Part shown: piece after piece, positions 12,758 through 27,600 of the stretch
How the letters are laid out: every line of letters begins with the position of its first letter
Numbering within the stretch: position 1 is the stretch's first letter
Assembly: GCA_037447605.1 (NCBI GenBank)
Contig: CM074805.1
Location: 3,009,361-3,073,360 of the forward strand
From: Zygnema circumcarinatum SAG 698-1b
Lineage: Eukaryota > Plantae > Zygnematophyceae
Direction of reading: 5' to 3'
DNA: 64,000 bases
Position numbers and translations under genes: made by a program
The notes under the pieces: generated by a model
Seen by the model: the letters and a program-made list of their open reading frames with translations, nothing else
Told to the model about the DNA's origin: nothing
Database searches by the model: none

Positions 12758-13994
12758 CCTTTTCAACAGAACTCAACCATCGATACCTCTGCTTCAGCAT
12801 TTTTATACTTCCGACTTCACTTTGACATGAAGAAGCGATGCAGGATTGATGGAGGAGCATGTGTAGAGTACAGAACTGCCTTCCTTTTAGATATGTTGAG
12901 GAGTGCACATACCCTACACGCCCAACCGCCTCAGGCCCCAGAGTTCTTGAGGGCCGATCCTAAGTAAGAATCATGATGGTCCCATGTATCCCATCTTTGG
13001 CTCTGCTAGTAGCCAGAAGTTCTTAATTCAGTCAGTTTCCTGTTTAGCCAGACAATAGTCTGGTCGGCACATCACGCTGCAAGCTGTTTGGACAGGCTGC
13101 TACGTAGAACAGTCCAGGCGGGGGGCTCAGATTTCCCGGCACTCATTTTTAGGATTCTTGCCGCATATGTTCATAGGGGCTGTCAATACACGGATTGGAA
13201 CTACCTCCTATTGACGAGGTGTAGGAAAGGTGTTAAGTTTTCTTTTTGGCATTTAGCTGTATTCAAGCCAATTTGCAACACAACGGGTCTGGATAGCAGA
13301 CCTGTTCAATGGTGTAGGCCTACCGTGAGCGGTAGGCGCAATGCATTTGCCAAATGGGATTGTTGCTGAAACAGCCCGCCAACCGCAATTACAATCCAGT
13401 ACATAACAGGACATTCTTCTAGATTGTCATTTCTGTGTCAGCACCTTTCTGAAAGGCCTCAGAAAGCTGTGTTTGTGCCCCCTTTTGTTCTCACTTGCTA
13501 TGCCTCGCTGAAGTTCAAGCAGGGTCTGCTGAGTACTGCATTCTCCATCTGTTGTCACTGCATTTGAAAGTCTCCTTCTAGCACAATGACGTAGTTCCCA
13601 AGAACAGCACAGCATCTTCTTGCATGATTCATCTGGGGGGCCTCACTCCACTGATTGGAGATACGCCACCATGAATCCACTCGTGCAAAAAGGTCACAGA
13701 CCCATCAAAACGTCAGCATATCAACAGCCTTTCAAACCAAACTTTGGCATAGTTGCGATGAATTCTATTTCGCGAGGTGAGTATTGAGGGGAGGATGTGG
13801 CATCGAGTATTGAGCATTTTATTCTCCTTTATTTTCCTCCTTCAGTTTGAGGGCGTGAAATGTTATGCAAGTCGACGTTCCATAAAGATGATTGAGGACT
13901 GAGCAAAGGCGCGTTCACGTTGCACGCTCGATCATGTCTCACTCTCCCCTCTGGCCTTCTCTTTGTGGCGAAAAAACGGGATAGCCCTGCAGCT

Positions 13995-16900
13995 AATGAC
14001 TATGGCTACCGAGGCTGCCGGTTGCCTCGGTGGCGACCTTGCATCCGCTACATGTCAGCACCTGCGCGGCCCCCTCCAAGAGCGATGCGCAGGGTCATCT
14101 GCCCTAATCTCTCTGTGGTGCCCCGACTGCGGTCTCCAGGTCGCCCCCTGCCTCGCCTGCTGCGCTCCGATCGCTGCTGCTCACAACACGTGAGCGCTCT
14201 CTCATGTCCTGCACCGTCCTCACACCACCGATAAATGAGAATGCCGCAAAACGCCAGCGCTTCTTGCAATCGAAATGCGGAAGCAGAGTTTGAGAAAGCA
14301 GGCATACATTACTTCAGAGCAGCTTGTCCTTCGCACATAGGCCGAAAGTGACTGTCATAATCAGCTAACTTCAGAATTGTGGCAATAGTCGGTTTGCAAC
14401 TGGTGCGCATCTTCCTCCTCATGGTGTCTGTTCTGCTGGCCTTTATCATTCCTTCCCCCCTTCCTCTACTCAACTTTTTCTTGAATAGGGCCTACTCTCA
14501 CTTGTTCTCTCACTTTCTCTCCTCGTGGACGGCTTGACGCGTTCTCTCAGTTTGATTTCCTGCCTCTAAAACGAGATTCGCGCACTGAAATTTTCTCCTC
14601 CCAGCACAACTTGTTTCGGACATAACAAAAAAATCCACAAATACCCTAATAATCTGTCCGTGTCCAATGTTTAGTTGGTACCATTGCCACATTTTTAGAA
14701 TCCACTTGGCATTATGACTTGTGGATTTTCTATCACCATGAATATGACCAGGATTCATCGTGCTACGTCCACGGCGTTCTACGAATGTTTTGTTTTAAGC
14801 TCTTTCATAAGTTATTGCCGACTATTCTTGCTCATGGTTACGTCTCTTCTTCTAGCTTGTTACCTGTCATTTCATTGTCTTAAGAATATTGGAGACTTCT
14901 GCAACTTCTTTCAATAGTGATATTGGGGCTCATTGAAGTATTGCAAATTTGCTATCTTTTCTGAGGTGATGTAATGTTTGCAGCCCTCAGGCCTCAGCGC
15001 CGGACAAGAATGGCGGGGATGTCGTGTATTGTGGTTCCTGTGGAGCTGTTAACCCGCGAGGCCATGCCCAGGTGGAGAGGACGCTGCTTGGCCTTCCGAA
15101 CGTGGAGGCCATGTCTTCTTCTTTGGTGAGCATACCTCAAACTTCAAACTCATTACGAACGTAGCTGAATCCCACAGGCCAACTAGAACTCATCGTTTTC
15201 TCACTGAATGGTGGCGCACCGGAGGTGATGTGACGATGGCTGTTTTCGGGATTGAGAGAGGGACGGGCAGATGACTTAACTTTTCTTTTGTTTTCATTCC
15301 GATGAGCTCTGGTCTCAGAAATATCCGCATGCACTTGCCATGCAAAGCATTTTGGGACGGGGCATATAGGAGGTATTTGATTTCTATGGTTCTCTGCCTC
15401 ACGAAGGAAAATGTTCTTGAAAAAAGGCTGATCGAGGCTGATGCTGGCTCGTGTAAGCGAAAAGTGTTTGTAGCTTCTCCAATGTGCAGATTTTGGCAAA
15501 GTCCAAATCTTGTTTCAAACTTGTGACGTTCACTTTTGGAAAATAAGCTGCTGTCGATTCCCTTGCATTGCGAACAGGCTATGAGCAAGCAAGCCTGATG
15601 TACATCGCCTGAGTTGGTGGAGATATTCGCATGTGACAGTGCTTGCATGGTGGATGGACAGGCGAGAAAAGTGCAGGAGGCAGTGTGCGGTCGCCGCCAA
15701 TACTATCTCGCAAACCGAAGAGAGCAGGCCTTGCTTAGACAGGCAAGTGGGTCATGAATTTCTTGGGTATCGATTCTGTACCATGATGTGAAAGCAGGAA
15801 TGAAAACCATTCTAATTCTGAGAAGTGTCAATGTGGATTGACAGTTCGCCAAAATACTTGCACATCAGCTAAACCCAGTGGGGAGCGGGCTCTGTTTCGT
15901 CTATGCCTGCTGTTGAAGGCCGGAACCTGCAGTTTAAGAAACTATATTCGTGACCTTGGGCAGTCTAGCAGTGCATCAGCATGTGGAAGCTTGTCCACAT
16001 GTGTACTATGTGTATGCTGACTGGCGAAAATGTCGCGCAGGTTTTAGTGGATGCCATGCAAGCTGAGGCACCCCATCCATCTCCGGAGGCCTCTCGACGG
16101 CGGCAGGGGGGCCATGGCACGGAACCCCCCGCTCCTATCATTGCTTCAGAGACAACGTCATCTCCGTCTTCTGAACAATTTTTGGGCCGCAATCCGACTG
16201 CGTCTCTTCCTCACTCCCCAGCGATAGACGCATTAGTAGAAGGAACACATCCTCTAGAGACTTCTACCCCCAGCGGTGGAACTCAACATGGGGGCTTGAG
16301 GAGAATTAGCAATCACCCAAAGCGCAAGCTATCTGACAACACGGAAAGTGGACGTGTGCCCTGCAAACAACCGCGACTATCCTCAGAGGTGCCGTGGTCA
16401 CCGCCTGCACCTCAAGCAGCGAGAAGAGATGCATCTGCCCAGGTGACGAATCTTACAGACGTTACGCTTGATGAGATAAACGAGGCTGGGTGGACCTCGC
16501 ATAATGTTGCTTCTCAAAACCGCGAGCTGCAGGGTTACCCAGCCTGCCAACGCAACGCAGTGCCCTTTGAACTGTTGCGGTGTAGTACAACGTTTTTGGC
16601 CCTTCAGAGTTGGGAAACTATGGTTGAGGACTGCCGCAGACCTGCCATGGAGCTTCCAATCTTCTGTGCAGCTTGCCCAAATAATGCCTCGCGACGCATT
16701 CAAGAGACACTGCGCCAACAACCACTTAATCCCGAGGAGATTGTTTCGCAAAAGCCTTGTGAAGCTGTTGGAAAGTCACGCCTGCTTGTTCGAGTGTCTC
16801 CCGTAGGCCCAGTGCACTTGGCCTTGCTCCGAACATCCTATTCCTGGCTCCATTCTTGTAATGCTCCGGAGCCGACCGGGATTTCTGCGTTGCTGGCCCG

Positions 16901-17684
16901 TGCTGACAAGTTTGTTCGAGAAGCGGACAGGCTTTTGGAGAGGCGGACTGTGGCAGCGTCAGTGTGCGACGCAGCAGAGCAGGCGGCGGCTGATTTTCAG
17001 GCTCTCGCATGCAAGAGGCGGACGAGGGGCTGCGGAAAACAGGGCCCTTACCTCCTGGTACGCTTGAGGGGTTAGATGTGTAGCAGTCAGTTTATATGCC
17101 TGGGATATTTTTACCCATTCTGCATTTTCTTGTTGCTTTCCTCGTTCCGTTTTCTGCTTTTCTTTGCGGATGAGAGTGAAAGAATTTTCATCGAGACGCT
17201 GTCGTCTGCTCTGTCATCTATCAAATTTGTTTGGTTGTTGGTTTTCTTACCTTCAGCTGCACATGATGATGTCTATTCTGTTAGTACTTGTTCCAGCTAT
17301 GCTTCTCAACTTGTTTCAATGCTACCGAAGGATATCTAATGGAAGCACTTGTATGGATGACAGGAGGCTGTGTTGACAGGCCTTATGCAAGAGCGCGTGC
17401 ATGTATGTGCCGCTTCAGTTAGCCCAAGCCAAGCGCAACATGCAAGTTTACTTCATGACATCAATGAGGAGCTGAAACGAATTTTGGCAAGAGCGAGGGA
17501 AATTCAAGCATCAGAGATTCGAGAAGGCAGCGGCGATGCAGGTGTTCAGATCTCGGGCCTGGCATGCTTGGAGCAGGCGAATGTTGAAGAACTGGAGGTC
17601 CTTCGATCGTGTTACCCCTTGTGGTTGCTGCTCTATCACGCTGTTTTTCATGCCACCAATGGTGTCAGCTGGCCAAAGAACTAG
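13995..17684 (+). CDS. Unidentified multi-exon protein with CxxC motifs
   Basis: Exon-like segments with splice signals: LWCPDCGLQ, YCGSCGAVNPRGHAQ (about 14983-15070), a long open frame at 15981-17075, and terminal ...LHDINEELKRILARAREIQ...GVSWPKN*. No family recognised. Confidence 0.5.
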
Positions 17685-18205
17685 ATGGACTATAAATTCT
17701 GTCTCCCAGCAGACCAAGCAGCATGTATATATGTGCAGTCCTTGCTGGACGATTACAAGGGGAGCTGCCCTTCCGTGAGCAGTTGAGCATCTCGAGTCGA
17801 TCCATTGCATGAAGTAGGCTCATTGGTCGTGATGAATGAGATGACATGGGTTATCGACATTCAATGTGCCCCGCTACGGTATGAGGTGCTTGTAGCCAAA
17901 TCACACGTAAGCGGGCGACCCAGATGCCTACTTCCAGCTGACGAGCCAGATTCAGCCAGCACGCGAACAAATATGATGTTGTAACCATAGTACAAACATA
18001 CGAATTCGCCAAATAAAGCCTGGAGCTGAACTCAATTATTGAAGGAGGAAGCGTTTGTCGTCTGGAGAATGTGTAGCCACTGAAAGCTCTGTTCAACATT
18101 TCATGTCACAGGTCGTTGTCAGGGTCTGTTTGCCCATCAGTCCCAGAGGATGGGATATGGACATGTACTGTGGTCGCATCAGAAGGAAAAGAGAAGGGAA
18201 GTAAT

Positions 18206-18378
18206 TGGCGTTGAACTCGCGATGGCCACGCCATCAGATGCCCATGGCGAGAGACGCAATGTCGGACCACTGTGAGCCGGCCACAAATGACCTACCCCTA
18301 GAGGTTGTGAGCGTAACGCTGCCTCCTAGCCCTAGCCCTAACCTCAGCCCTAGCCCTAGCCTTAGCCCTAGCCCTAGC
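18206..18378 (-). mobile_element. Diverged CRE 3'-motif copy (18206-18292) with an adjacent (CCCTAG)n-like tract (18325-18378)
   Basis: 82-nt gapless alignment to 46026-46107; cctagc/ccctag repeats directly visible. Confidence 0.65.
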
Positions 18379-18661
18379 ATTCAAACAAGGCGGGCTTCGC
18401 ACGCGCGCCTGGCCGTACCGTTACCGTTGCCACTCGCTACGCTCGCGCCACGTGGCGGCTCTCTGTCAATCGTGCCGACCAAATAACGGCTGTCCCGTTG
18501 ACAGTGAACGTCCAGAGCGTGGTTCCTTGCATGGAAAGGCTCCCTGCAACTGTGGAGGGACTGAGAGGCAAAGAGACGGAGGCGGCGAAGGTACAAGCCC
18601 GCGCCCGAAGGCTGCTCGGAACCCTAATTGTGGGACGAGGGAGGGAGGGCCGGAGGGCGCC

Positions 18662-21600
18662 ATGGCGGAGAACACGCCGGGCATGGCGACAATGCCGCTG
18701 GGGCAGCAGACGGTTTCCATGGCGGCGGTGACGCGCGCCACAGCGCAGGCGAGCTACGCGGACCTCGTAGCGCTTGCTACCGAAGGCAGTGCAAAGGGGG
18801 ACGACATAAGCAGAAAGATGGCCCTGCTCAAGTGGCTGCACCAGGCGCGGCAGAGGCTGCTGCGACTTCTTGTAGTGGCGAAATGGGCTCGGCAGGTCTG
18901 TGCTCTTCAAGGCTCATGGGCGGTAGGAGCATGGTTTTTAGTTTTTTGTCCAGACAAACATTTACCTCAGTGGGATTAGAGCTGAAACTCGTGGTTTGAC
19001 ACATACTCGTTAAGGATGGGGAATTTAACGTGGGATGGCAGCTGGCTATGTGATGGAGTGAACTTTCTAGTTTAGTGTAGATTTTTTTGGATGCCCAGTG
19101 CTTGATTAACTCATTAATTTCCCATGCATTTTCTGCGGAAGCGAGACAATTTCGGGCGTTTTTTTTTATAGCGGAAGCATATTCAATGTAGGGTTCCTCC
19201 CATCGACATAAATTTTTGCGGAGTATCCTAGTAAACGTTGAGAATAGGATTAGAATCTAAGTTATTGCAATTAACTGGTCCGGCATATGGCATATCGGGC
19301 TGGGACCTATCCATTGAGCTCGCAAATTCCGCTATGTGCTGTTTCATGTTATTTTGATTTTTATGGGAGAGGAGCGTTTTGTTTTTGCGTGGCTTGTTGT
19401 ACAGCAACTTCCGCTTGTCGAGCGCTGTCAAATTCTTTCCGGAATTCTTTCCCACCACGATTTCTGCTTCAGTCAAGCTGCGGACTCCCTGTGGCTCCTC
19501 CACCAGGAGCTGCAGCAAGCCCGGGCACCAATCTATGATGTTCCAACAGCGGCAGAAGTTCTCACTACGGGCACCTATCAACGCCTGCCCAAGTGCATTC
19601 AGGAGTTGACTACTCCACCTTATTTGGCCGGGGAAGAGCGTTCATCCACCGTGGAAAAGCTGAACACAGTTTTACGTTCGCGGCTGCTTGATTTAGCCAT
19701 GCCTGATCAGTTGTCATCTGTAGAGGTGAAGGACGGGCGTGCTATTGTGACTGTGACAGGGGAGTACAGAGCAGAGCTGACTTTAGGATATGGAGGGACC
19801 CTCGACCATTGGTGCATACTTAAGATAGACCTGCTAGTAGGCATTGGAGGTAGAAGCACTGCTAATGCATCCAGGTTGAGTAGGAGCAAAGGAAGCGGGG
19901 AGTCGGAAGAGAATGTGGAAGGACGTGATGAGAAGCATAGGGAAGCTTTGGATATTGGAAGCCAGAGGGACCTGAGAGGGGAAGGAATGGTGGAAAAGGT
20001 TAAGCTGACTGAAGGCCAACAAAAAGCCTTGGCTGAGGACTTGCAGCGACGCATGGCAAGCAAAGGAGATCCGTTTGTGAGTCTGCATGAAGTGTTACAT
20101 GAGATTTCTATGGCGCTTGTGACGGACGCTGCATTGCGCCAGGCCAGAGTGTTACGACAAGGAAGGTGGCGAGATGCCATTAAGTTCGAGTTGCTTGGAG
20201 GGAGTGGAGAAGGTACAGACCAAGGGTTCGGGACCGGGACTGTGGTGCCACCACCTGGTTCAACACTTGCAGAAGCTGATGGCTCAGGTCGTGACAGCAA
20301 AGCTGGGGCTTCTACTGGCTTGAAGATCTCGTATTGGCTCCTCTCTCATCGAAGTGACAAAGCTAGTGCTGCTTCTGCAGTAAGTGGGCAATCGGGCTTT
20401 GTATTAGCTCCTAATAGTGAAGAGAATCTGCCAACTTTGAAGATTGAGTTGGATGCGGAGCGTAACCTGAAGTGTTCTCATTTTCCAGTGGTGATTGATC
20501 CATTCACTGGGTGCGAAGCGGAGCTGGCACTTGATCCAGGCTGCATTGATGTAGAGACGCTCTTGCTACGTGCCATCCGTTGCAATATCTACACACGTTT
20601 ATTAGATGCAGAGGTTTCGATGAAGAATGATCGTCAGCTTTCGGTTTCTGACGATGACATTGTCTTGGCACGGACCACAGCTGAATTTGTGGCGAGAGGC
20701 ACTGGAGACAATGGAGCACAGTTCACAGCGCTTGGAATGACTGGAGTCAAGTCTGACGTAGAGTGGATGGGAGATGGAGGAGAGCCATTTTGGGAAGATC
20801 AGGCAACTATCTTACAGATGAACACAAGGGCCAGTAACTATTGGGAACAAGGGTTGAACAGTAGCATTCAGACTTTAGAGCCATTCAGTTTGGAGAACTC
20901 AGAAGAGCAGGAAGCTGAGATCTGGGTCCGTGCATATGGTGGGTGCTATATGGGCCTCACCATTGATTTAAGGTGAGTTTCGCTGTTATCCAACGCTCTT
21001 CAAGGTGGTGTTGAAATCAAATGGATTTAACTTCCATCTCCAGCTATTTCTAAAGACACTTTTTGTTTGACTAGTCATGGCTTTTGATGATTGACACTTC
21101 AAATAGTTTTACTGAGGGTGATGGGTATGAGCTGCGTCTCATTCTTGTGTTTGAGAGGCTGTGTGAATGGGCATCATTGCAGTCTAATCTGTCAAGTGCA
21201 TGTTCCTAATGTAAAAACTTCAAAACATAAAACGCAAAATGGTTTTCGGTACTTTTGGAATGCATTAATAGGGCGCGTTTTGATGGATGCACCAGCCTTT
21301 TCACTGTTTCGGTCATGACTCCATTGTTTCGCAGGAATGGTAGTCAACTGATGGATTCTGCATGCATTAGTTTGTCGAACTAGATTAATCTTTTTATAGT
21401 GAAACACTGAAACCATACATACAGCATCAGATGTAAGCACAAACTAGAAATGTCACACACGTGCAGTTGTATCCTCGTAATGTTTCGACTACACAGCTTG
21501 CTAATTTCTACTTTGAGGGAATAGCATGCTTGTTCTCATAATCCCCAGCATGGAATATGAAGAGTGAAGGATTACTCTATCCGCCGACAACCAAGCCCAA

Positions 21601-24600
21601 CTGGATCAGGATTAGCTGAGGCAATAGTTCGTGCTGCTGAGGTATTAGTGTGGGGCAAGTATATCCACTCTAGGATAGGTTGGTCCTGCTGAATCCTTCT
21701 TGACTTCCATGCGAAGTCGGGGTAGCAGTTTTCCCTTTTAAGTGGAAACGTATCTGTCCGCAGGGTCGTTGCCAGTCAATACGGGCGCTCCGGATGTTCA
21801 CATGTGTAATTATGAGGAGTGTGCGGCAGCAATGACTGGTCAGCAAACTTCTTCCCTTCAGGCTCATCATACAGGACAGAACGCGTGTAAGAGACGCACT
21901 TAGTTTCTGCCTTTGTCTCCCCTTGAGGCGCCCAGGCTCAGTGCAGGGTCCATGGCAAAAGCCATTGACGAAGTCTCGGATAGGTGCTTAATTATCGATA
22001 GGTGCAAGCGAAAACAGCAGCTTGTGCATGCACTGCATGTGTTTGCCACGATCGGTTAACGTCAAACCAATTATTTACTCGAGCCTTACACCCTGATTTG
22101 TAGCTATTAATATTTAACTGCTAATATCACCTCTCTTAACCAGAACAACATGCACTCTGCACCCTTTTTTTTCATTTTGCTGATTTCTCAAACTTACCTG
22201 TACAATATCTAGAATACAGTAGAACCTGTATAAAGCTTGTCTCTAGAAAGAAAGATCCTTAATAAAGCTTGGTGTCCCCACGTTTTTCCTGAGAGACAAA
22301 ATTTCTTAGGCTCAAAAGCTAAGGAAAAATTCTGTACGATACAAACCCTGCTCTCTTTGCCCCGCCGGCATTCAGTGTAGGCGACAGGTCGGCTTTCCGA
22401 TACGAGAGTTTCCTCGTTGCTCCGTTCTGCGTGCTGGCAGCAATTTGGAGCAACCAATGAGTTGTTGTCCGTCGTTTGGCTGATGGCCTATGTTGGACCT
22501 CCACTTGATGTAGCTTAGAAAATTTCTTATGTGTGTGTCCCGACGACCGCACTTTATGCAGGTTATATTGTACGTATGTCGCTATAAGTAGGTAGTGTAA
22601 AACAGTTTTAGAAAGACGCTTAGCCTCAAGGAAGTGCTCCTATAGCATGGCGGCACCTTCATAGGCCAGCGATAGGGCGCACCTCTTTGTGCTTCACTGT
22701 TGAAGCGATCTTGCGCATTTGGTTTTGCCTTTGGTTGTTGTTTGCGTTTGTAACCGTTGTTTGAAAAGGATACCCAACTGTATGGTGCCCGACTGTGTCC
22801 TAACGTTACAGCGCCCGATAATCAGTCTTAAATGAGATTGAGAAATAACTGGAGTGCTGTTCCACCCGTGTTCTTTCTTTAAAAACAAAACAAAAAGAAT
22901 AATAGTTTCACTGCACCCATAGCACGTTTTGTGTAGCAATGAGGTGCAAAATTGTTACAGGTTCGTTTTTTTTTTTGTTTTGTTTGTTTTTTTTTTTTTT
23001 TTTGTGCATTTTGAGAGCTCTTCTCCGCCCTCTACTATATGCTCTGAGGCACGCAAGTGCATTTAAATACCTTCTCATCCTTCTCATCCTCTCATTCAGT
23101 AATGCCGCTGCTTGGTTTTGCATGGTTGTGTCCAGAACTGGCCAATACAAACTGAGGGCGCCCGGAGGGCGAGGATTGGAGGCAGCTGCAAAGGAACTTG
23201 AAGAGGCTCTGAATGCGGGGGTCATGGCCCCCACAGAGGCCATGGTGGCTCTGCGATGCCACTGCTTGCTGCACCTTTATGAGTCGCTGGCCTCTGAATT
23301 GGGTCTGAAGGTCAGCCCCTATACGTTGAAGTTGATGCTGATAAGAATTGTCTGTTCTGTCCGCTCACTGTTATTTTTTTTTGAAGTGTTTCTGAATACA
23401 TGTGTCAATTCAATGTGGTTTTTTTCTGCATCGCCTCTATGGGTACCTCAAGTTGGTACTTGCAGACTGGTTTTTTTCATCTCTTAAGCGTCTGACATAA
23501 TTGAACAAAAAAACAGAGTAGTGTGCACTTTGCCTAAATGTTTACCGAAAAGAGCCACCATGAGTCTCGTTACACTGTGTAAGGCGTTTTGAAGACTTCG
23601 AATGCTCATTTGCTCAGCTCTTCATGGCTGCACAGAGTTTCCAAGATCCATTACTATCAGGATTCAGGCCAATCATTTGGGATGTGCTTATGGTATTGCA
23701 GGCTTACAATGGTGGCGCATCAATCCTGAAGATGCCTTCTGAGGGTCCCGTGCCTTCCTTTGGACCGAACACACTTATCCTCAGTTTTCAGAGCGCCCCC
23801 CCTGAGTCAACGTATTTTTTGTCTGTCCACCTATGTCCTGAGTTTCTTCCTGTCTTCACTCTCCTTCAAGCAAAAGCTCCTGGAAAAGGCGAATCTCGTT
23901 CAAAAGCTCTTTTCACGCCACACGAACTTGAGCGGTTTATGGTGATAGATGTTGGAAGCAATCTACTGGAAGAGCCAGATTCCATAAGAGCGTTTCTTGA
24001 AGAAGGATTTTGGCCAGAAAATGAGGGAGTCTTGGAGACAGATGGTGGGCAGGAGAGGATGGGAAGCTGGGGAGACGCAGAAAATAAGATTGGAGAAAAT
24101 TATGCCGCAGACACGCAGTGTCAGGAAGGAAGTGCAGCCAAAGGTGAGGATGAGACCCCTGGCAGACTAGATGGAGGGGAGCATGGAGCAGTGACGCAGG
24201 GAGAAAATGTTACAGGAGGGAATAGTGGCGTGGAAACTAGCCAGATGGGGATTGAAGCCTCCATTCAGAGTAACTGGCAAACCTCTGTGAATGCAACTCT
24301 AGATGGGAGTATGATGGATATGGATATAGATGTAGGATTTGAACCTCTGTCCGGAGATGCAGATCAAGTTGGACATGAGAGGAGTCTTGAAGAAGGGCAG
24401 GAGAAAGAAAATCTAGCAGAAATGGGATTTGGCAGAGGAATTGGGGGCGATTCTGTTGGAGCTGCACCGTTGGACCTTGATGGCATGGACTTCACTGAGC
24501 TTGAGGGTACTATGTGGGGTGCGCCAACCCTGCCGGCAGAAGGCTTTAATGTACAAGAAGGACATGATGGCGGAGGGGACATCAACTCTGTTAACGTGGA

Positions 24601-27600
24601 TGGGGAGCATGTAGGGTCTACAGTGGTGCCTTTTCCGCAGGCGATAGCTGATGAGAAATTACTGCCGCGAAAGAGGGTTTACGAGGGAGACGAGCCGGAC
24701 TTTGTGGACCATGTGTTGCCATCATTGACGAGCAAAGGGGCCACACAGGTCCGCCGGCTGCATAAGAAACGCCGAGTTGGCAGCTCACTTGTTGGACTTA
24801 CCTATGGGACACTTATTGAGTTCGCAAATCAGGGACAGGCACCTCTTGGAGTGTATTCCTTAGTTCTGGCGAAGGCGATTGAGAAGTGTGCACTGTGCAT
24901 CAAACACAGACGGGTTACAGAGCAATTTGCTGCTTTGAACATCCCCTCTGTGGAAGAAATTGGAATGGCATCCCCTTCATTTAGCTTCAAGTTTAGGTTG
25001 CCAAGTATCCCTTCGCCTAATGCTCTTCGGATAGGGATGCCGGAAGAGGCTGCAGCATGGCGCAGGCTGCGATTGAGATTGGAAGATTGCTGGGCAGGGA
25101 CTGGGGTAGTGCTCATTCCAGATCCTCATTATCAAAGGTTGAGACATTTAGCCAGTGTTCAGGGAAGTGGTTTTGGAACAGGGGAGGCTTGGAACAACTT
25201 GCCACGTAGTCAGAAGATTCGTTTTTTGCCACCTCGCGAAGAGGATGAGCATATGGTATGTACGCCGGCAGGATTGGAGCTCCATCTGAACCTTCTGGAA
25301 GGGGGTGCATTTGAGCAGATGTTAGAAGATGTGCGCAGGTTGTGGAAGGCACGTATGTTTGCAGTAGCTGTGCAGGAAATTCTCGGTGGTGAAGGCAAAG
25401 GTGCAGGAGATGGCAGCAAAAAAGGTGAAGCAAGGGAGTTGGGTGAAGAAGGGAGAGCAGAACAGATGCTGGGAGTTGGTGATGGACGGAGCAGGCAGGA
25501 AAGAGATTTGTGGAAGGAAGGATCAGGCACGATGAAGAAGAAGAAGACAGCAGACCCTGGAGAGAGGCTGCGGCAGTGGGAGATGATGAGACGCACAGTG
25601 CGAGTGGAGGCAGTGGGGCCCTTCTGCGTGTGGCTATTCGTCACGGGGGCACTGCAGGGGACATCTGTGCGAGTGGTGGTGGAGTGGAAGCGGGGGGAGG
25701 AGGGCTGCCGAATATCAGTTGCCCCAGATCCCATTTTTCCCCACACCAAAGTAAGGCCTGAGGCCCTTGAACGTATTGAGTTTTCGATATTTTGCAAGGT
25801 CTCTGGATGGAATGATGGTGAAGCATTTAATTCGTTGGGGGAAACATGAAAGTGCTTGCAAGGAAAGGTGGTAACAATGCACCAATGTATGACAAAGTCA
25901 AACGTGAAGTGTGTGCAGACGAGCCGGCTGAGCTCGACTCGGACTTTTTTCTGGTCGTGTATTGAATTGCTAATTAATTGCTTGTTTGTAGTAGTCGTTC
26001 AGATATCTGTATGGCGCTACATTTTCGACCAAACTATTTCATTCATCAATGGAATGAGTTCTTTGTATGATGTTTACATAGACTGATCAAGTTCTGGATG
26101 GCGACCTCCACTTCGGGTTCCCTGCACTGACCTTTGCATTCCCTTCGTGTGCAGTATTTGGAGGAATATGTGAACCAGGGGGAGGTAGAGATGCTGTTGG
26201 ATGCTCTTCGAATTACCTGCGGTCCCCTCTTTGCTCTGTATTCTGCGCTGCGACCTGTGCGATATATGGTCGGCAATTCGGTTGTTCCGTTCCCATTCAC
26301 GGGACTGCCAGGATTTGTTCAAACAGGGGGTCGCCCAGGCGATGCTTCAGTCGGTCCTTCCCGGGCAGGCAATGCAGGGGCCCCCTCGGGATCGAACCAA
26401 GATAGTGCAGTTAAAGGGATGACTCTTCCAACTTTGCTACCTTCGGATGTTTCTGTCGTTTTACGATCCCCGTACAAAATACGTATCATTTTTCGTGGGC
26501 AGCTAGCTCTCGATATGAGATGTTTTGCGGGGGATCAAGTTTGGTTGCAACCCGTTACTCCTGTCCGAGGAGGGGAGAGGGGCATCTCAAATGGGGCTGG
26601 TGAAAAGGGCGTTGGAGTTGTTGGGTCCCTTTGGTGTCCCCAGTTTCGGCCATTTGTGATGGACCAGGTCGCCAATCACCTCGCGCAGCTGGAAGCGACC
26701 AACAGGGCTGCCATAGAGCTTGCAGCTCAGCGGAGGGGAGCTTCAGTACGAGGAGGAGGAGGAGGGACTTCCTCGCCTGCTTCAGATGCCGCAGCAATGC
26801 CTCTCAGTTTGACGCCCACATTAACGCGGGTTCAGAGCAACAATTTATCGCAAGGAAGTGGCCTGGTTGGAGGGTTTGGAGGAAGTCCTGGCGAATTTCA
26901 AGGAACAACAGTGCAACCACGCTTATCTTCAGCTCCCTCCGGAGGGTCTCTCCTGCCCCACCTGAACCGTGTGAGCAGCGCAGCCCTTAGCGCTGTGGGG
27001 GGGGGGGCAGCTGGCAGTCTGGAATTGGCCCTGAGTCAGATAAGGGCTCTTCAGGCAGTAGGGTTGGACAGTCTCCGGGGGGAGGTCCAATCTGCCATGG
27101 TGGGGGTGGTGGACGATAGCGTGTACGGTGGAGCATGGGTGTCAGTCATGGTGCTGAAGAGGATTCTTCGGAGCACTTTGCGCTACTTGGGAACGGTGTG
27201 GTTGTTTGCACAGTTTCCTGCCACACTCGCAGAATCGTTTGCTCCAGGAATGAAGGCCGGCCTGATATCGCAGGATATGGAGCAGCCGGCCCTCCGCTTT
27301 TTGGCTAAGTGGGTTTCAATGCCTCCTGCTGCTAGAGTCGTCCCCTGTGTCAGAAGCTCTGTTTGCAAACTCTGTGTGAAAAATGACATGAAAGTTCGTG
27401 CAAACCCATTTTCCAGTTGTTGCTTTCAGTTTTTTCATCTGCGCATAAGCGACCCGTTGAAACAACGAGGGGAGAGAAGAAGACTTTACTGGATACCTCA
27501 CCTTTTTGTCTGCTACTACTCATGACCATGTTCTCCTTTCCTCTAGGTGTTAATGGCTTCCATTCTTTACATTCTTGTGTCGCTTTGCAGCGATTATGTG

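Noticed and set aside
13286-13340. Two adjacent small hairpins (ggtctg/cagacc and gcctaccg/cggtaggc) as a possible ncRNA
   Set aside because: Too short, with no tRNA, snRNA or snoRNA boxes and no second copy; compatible with chance.
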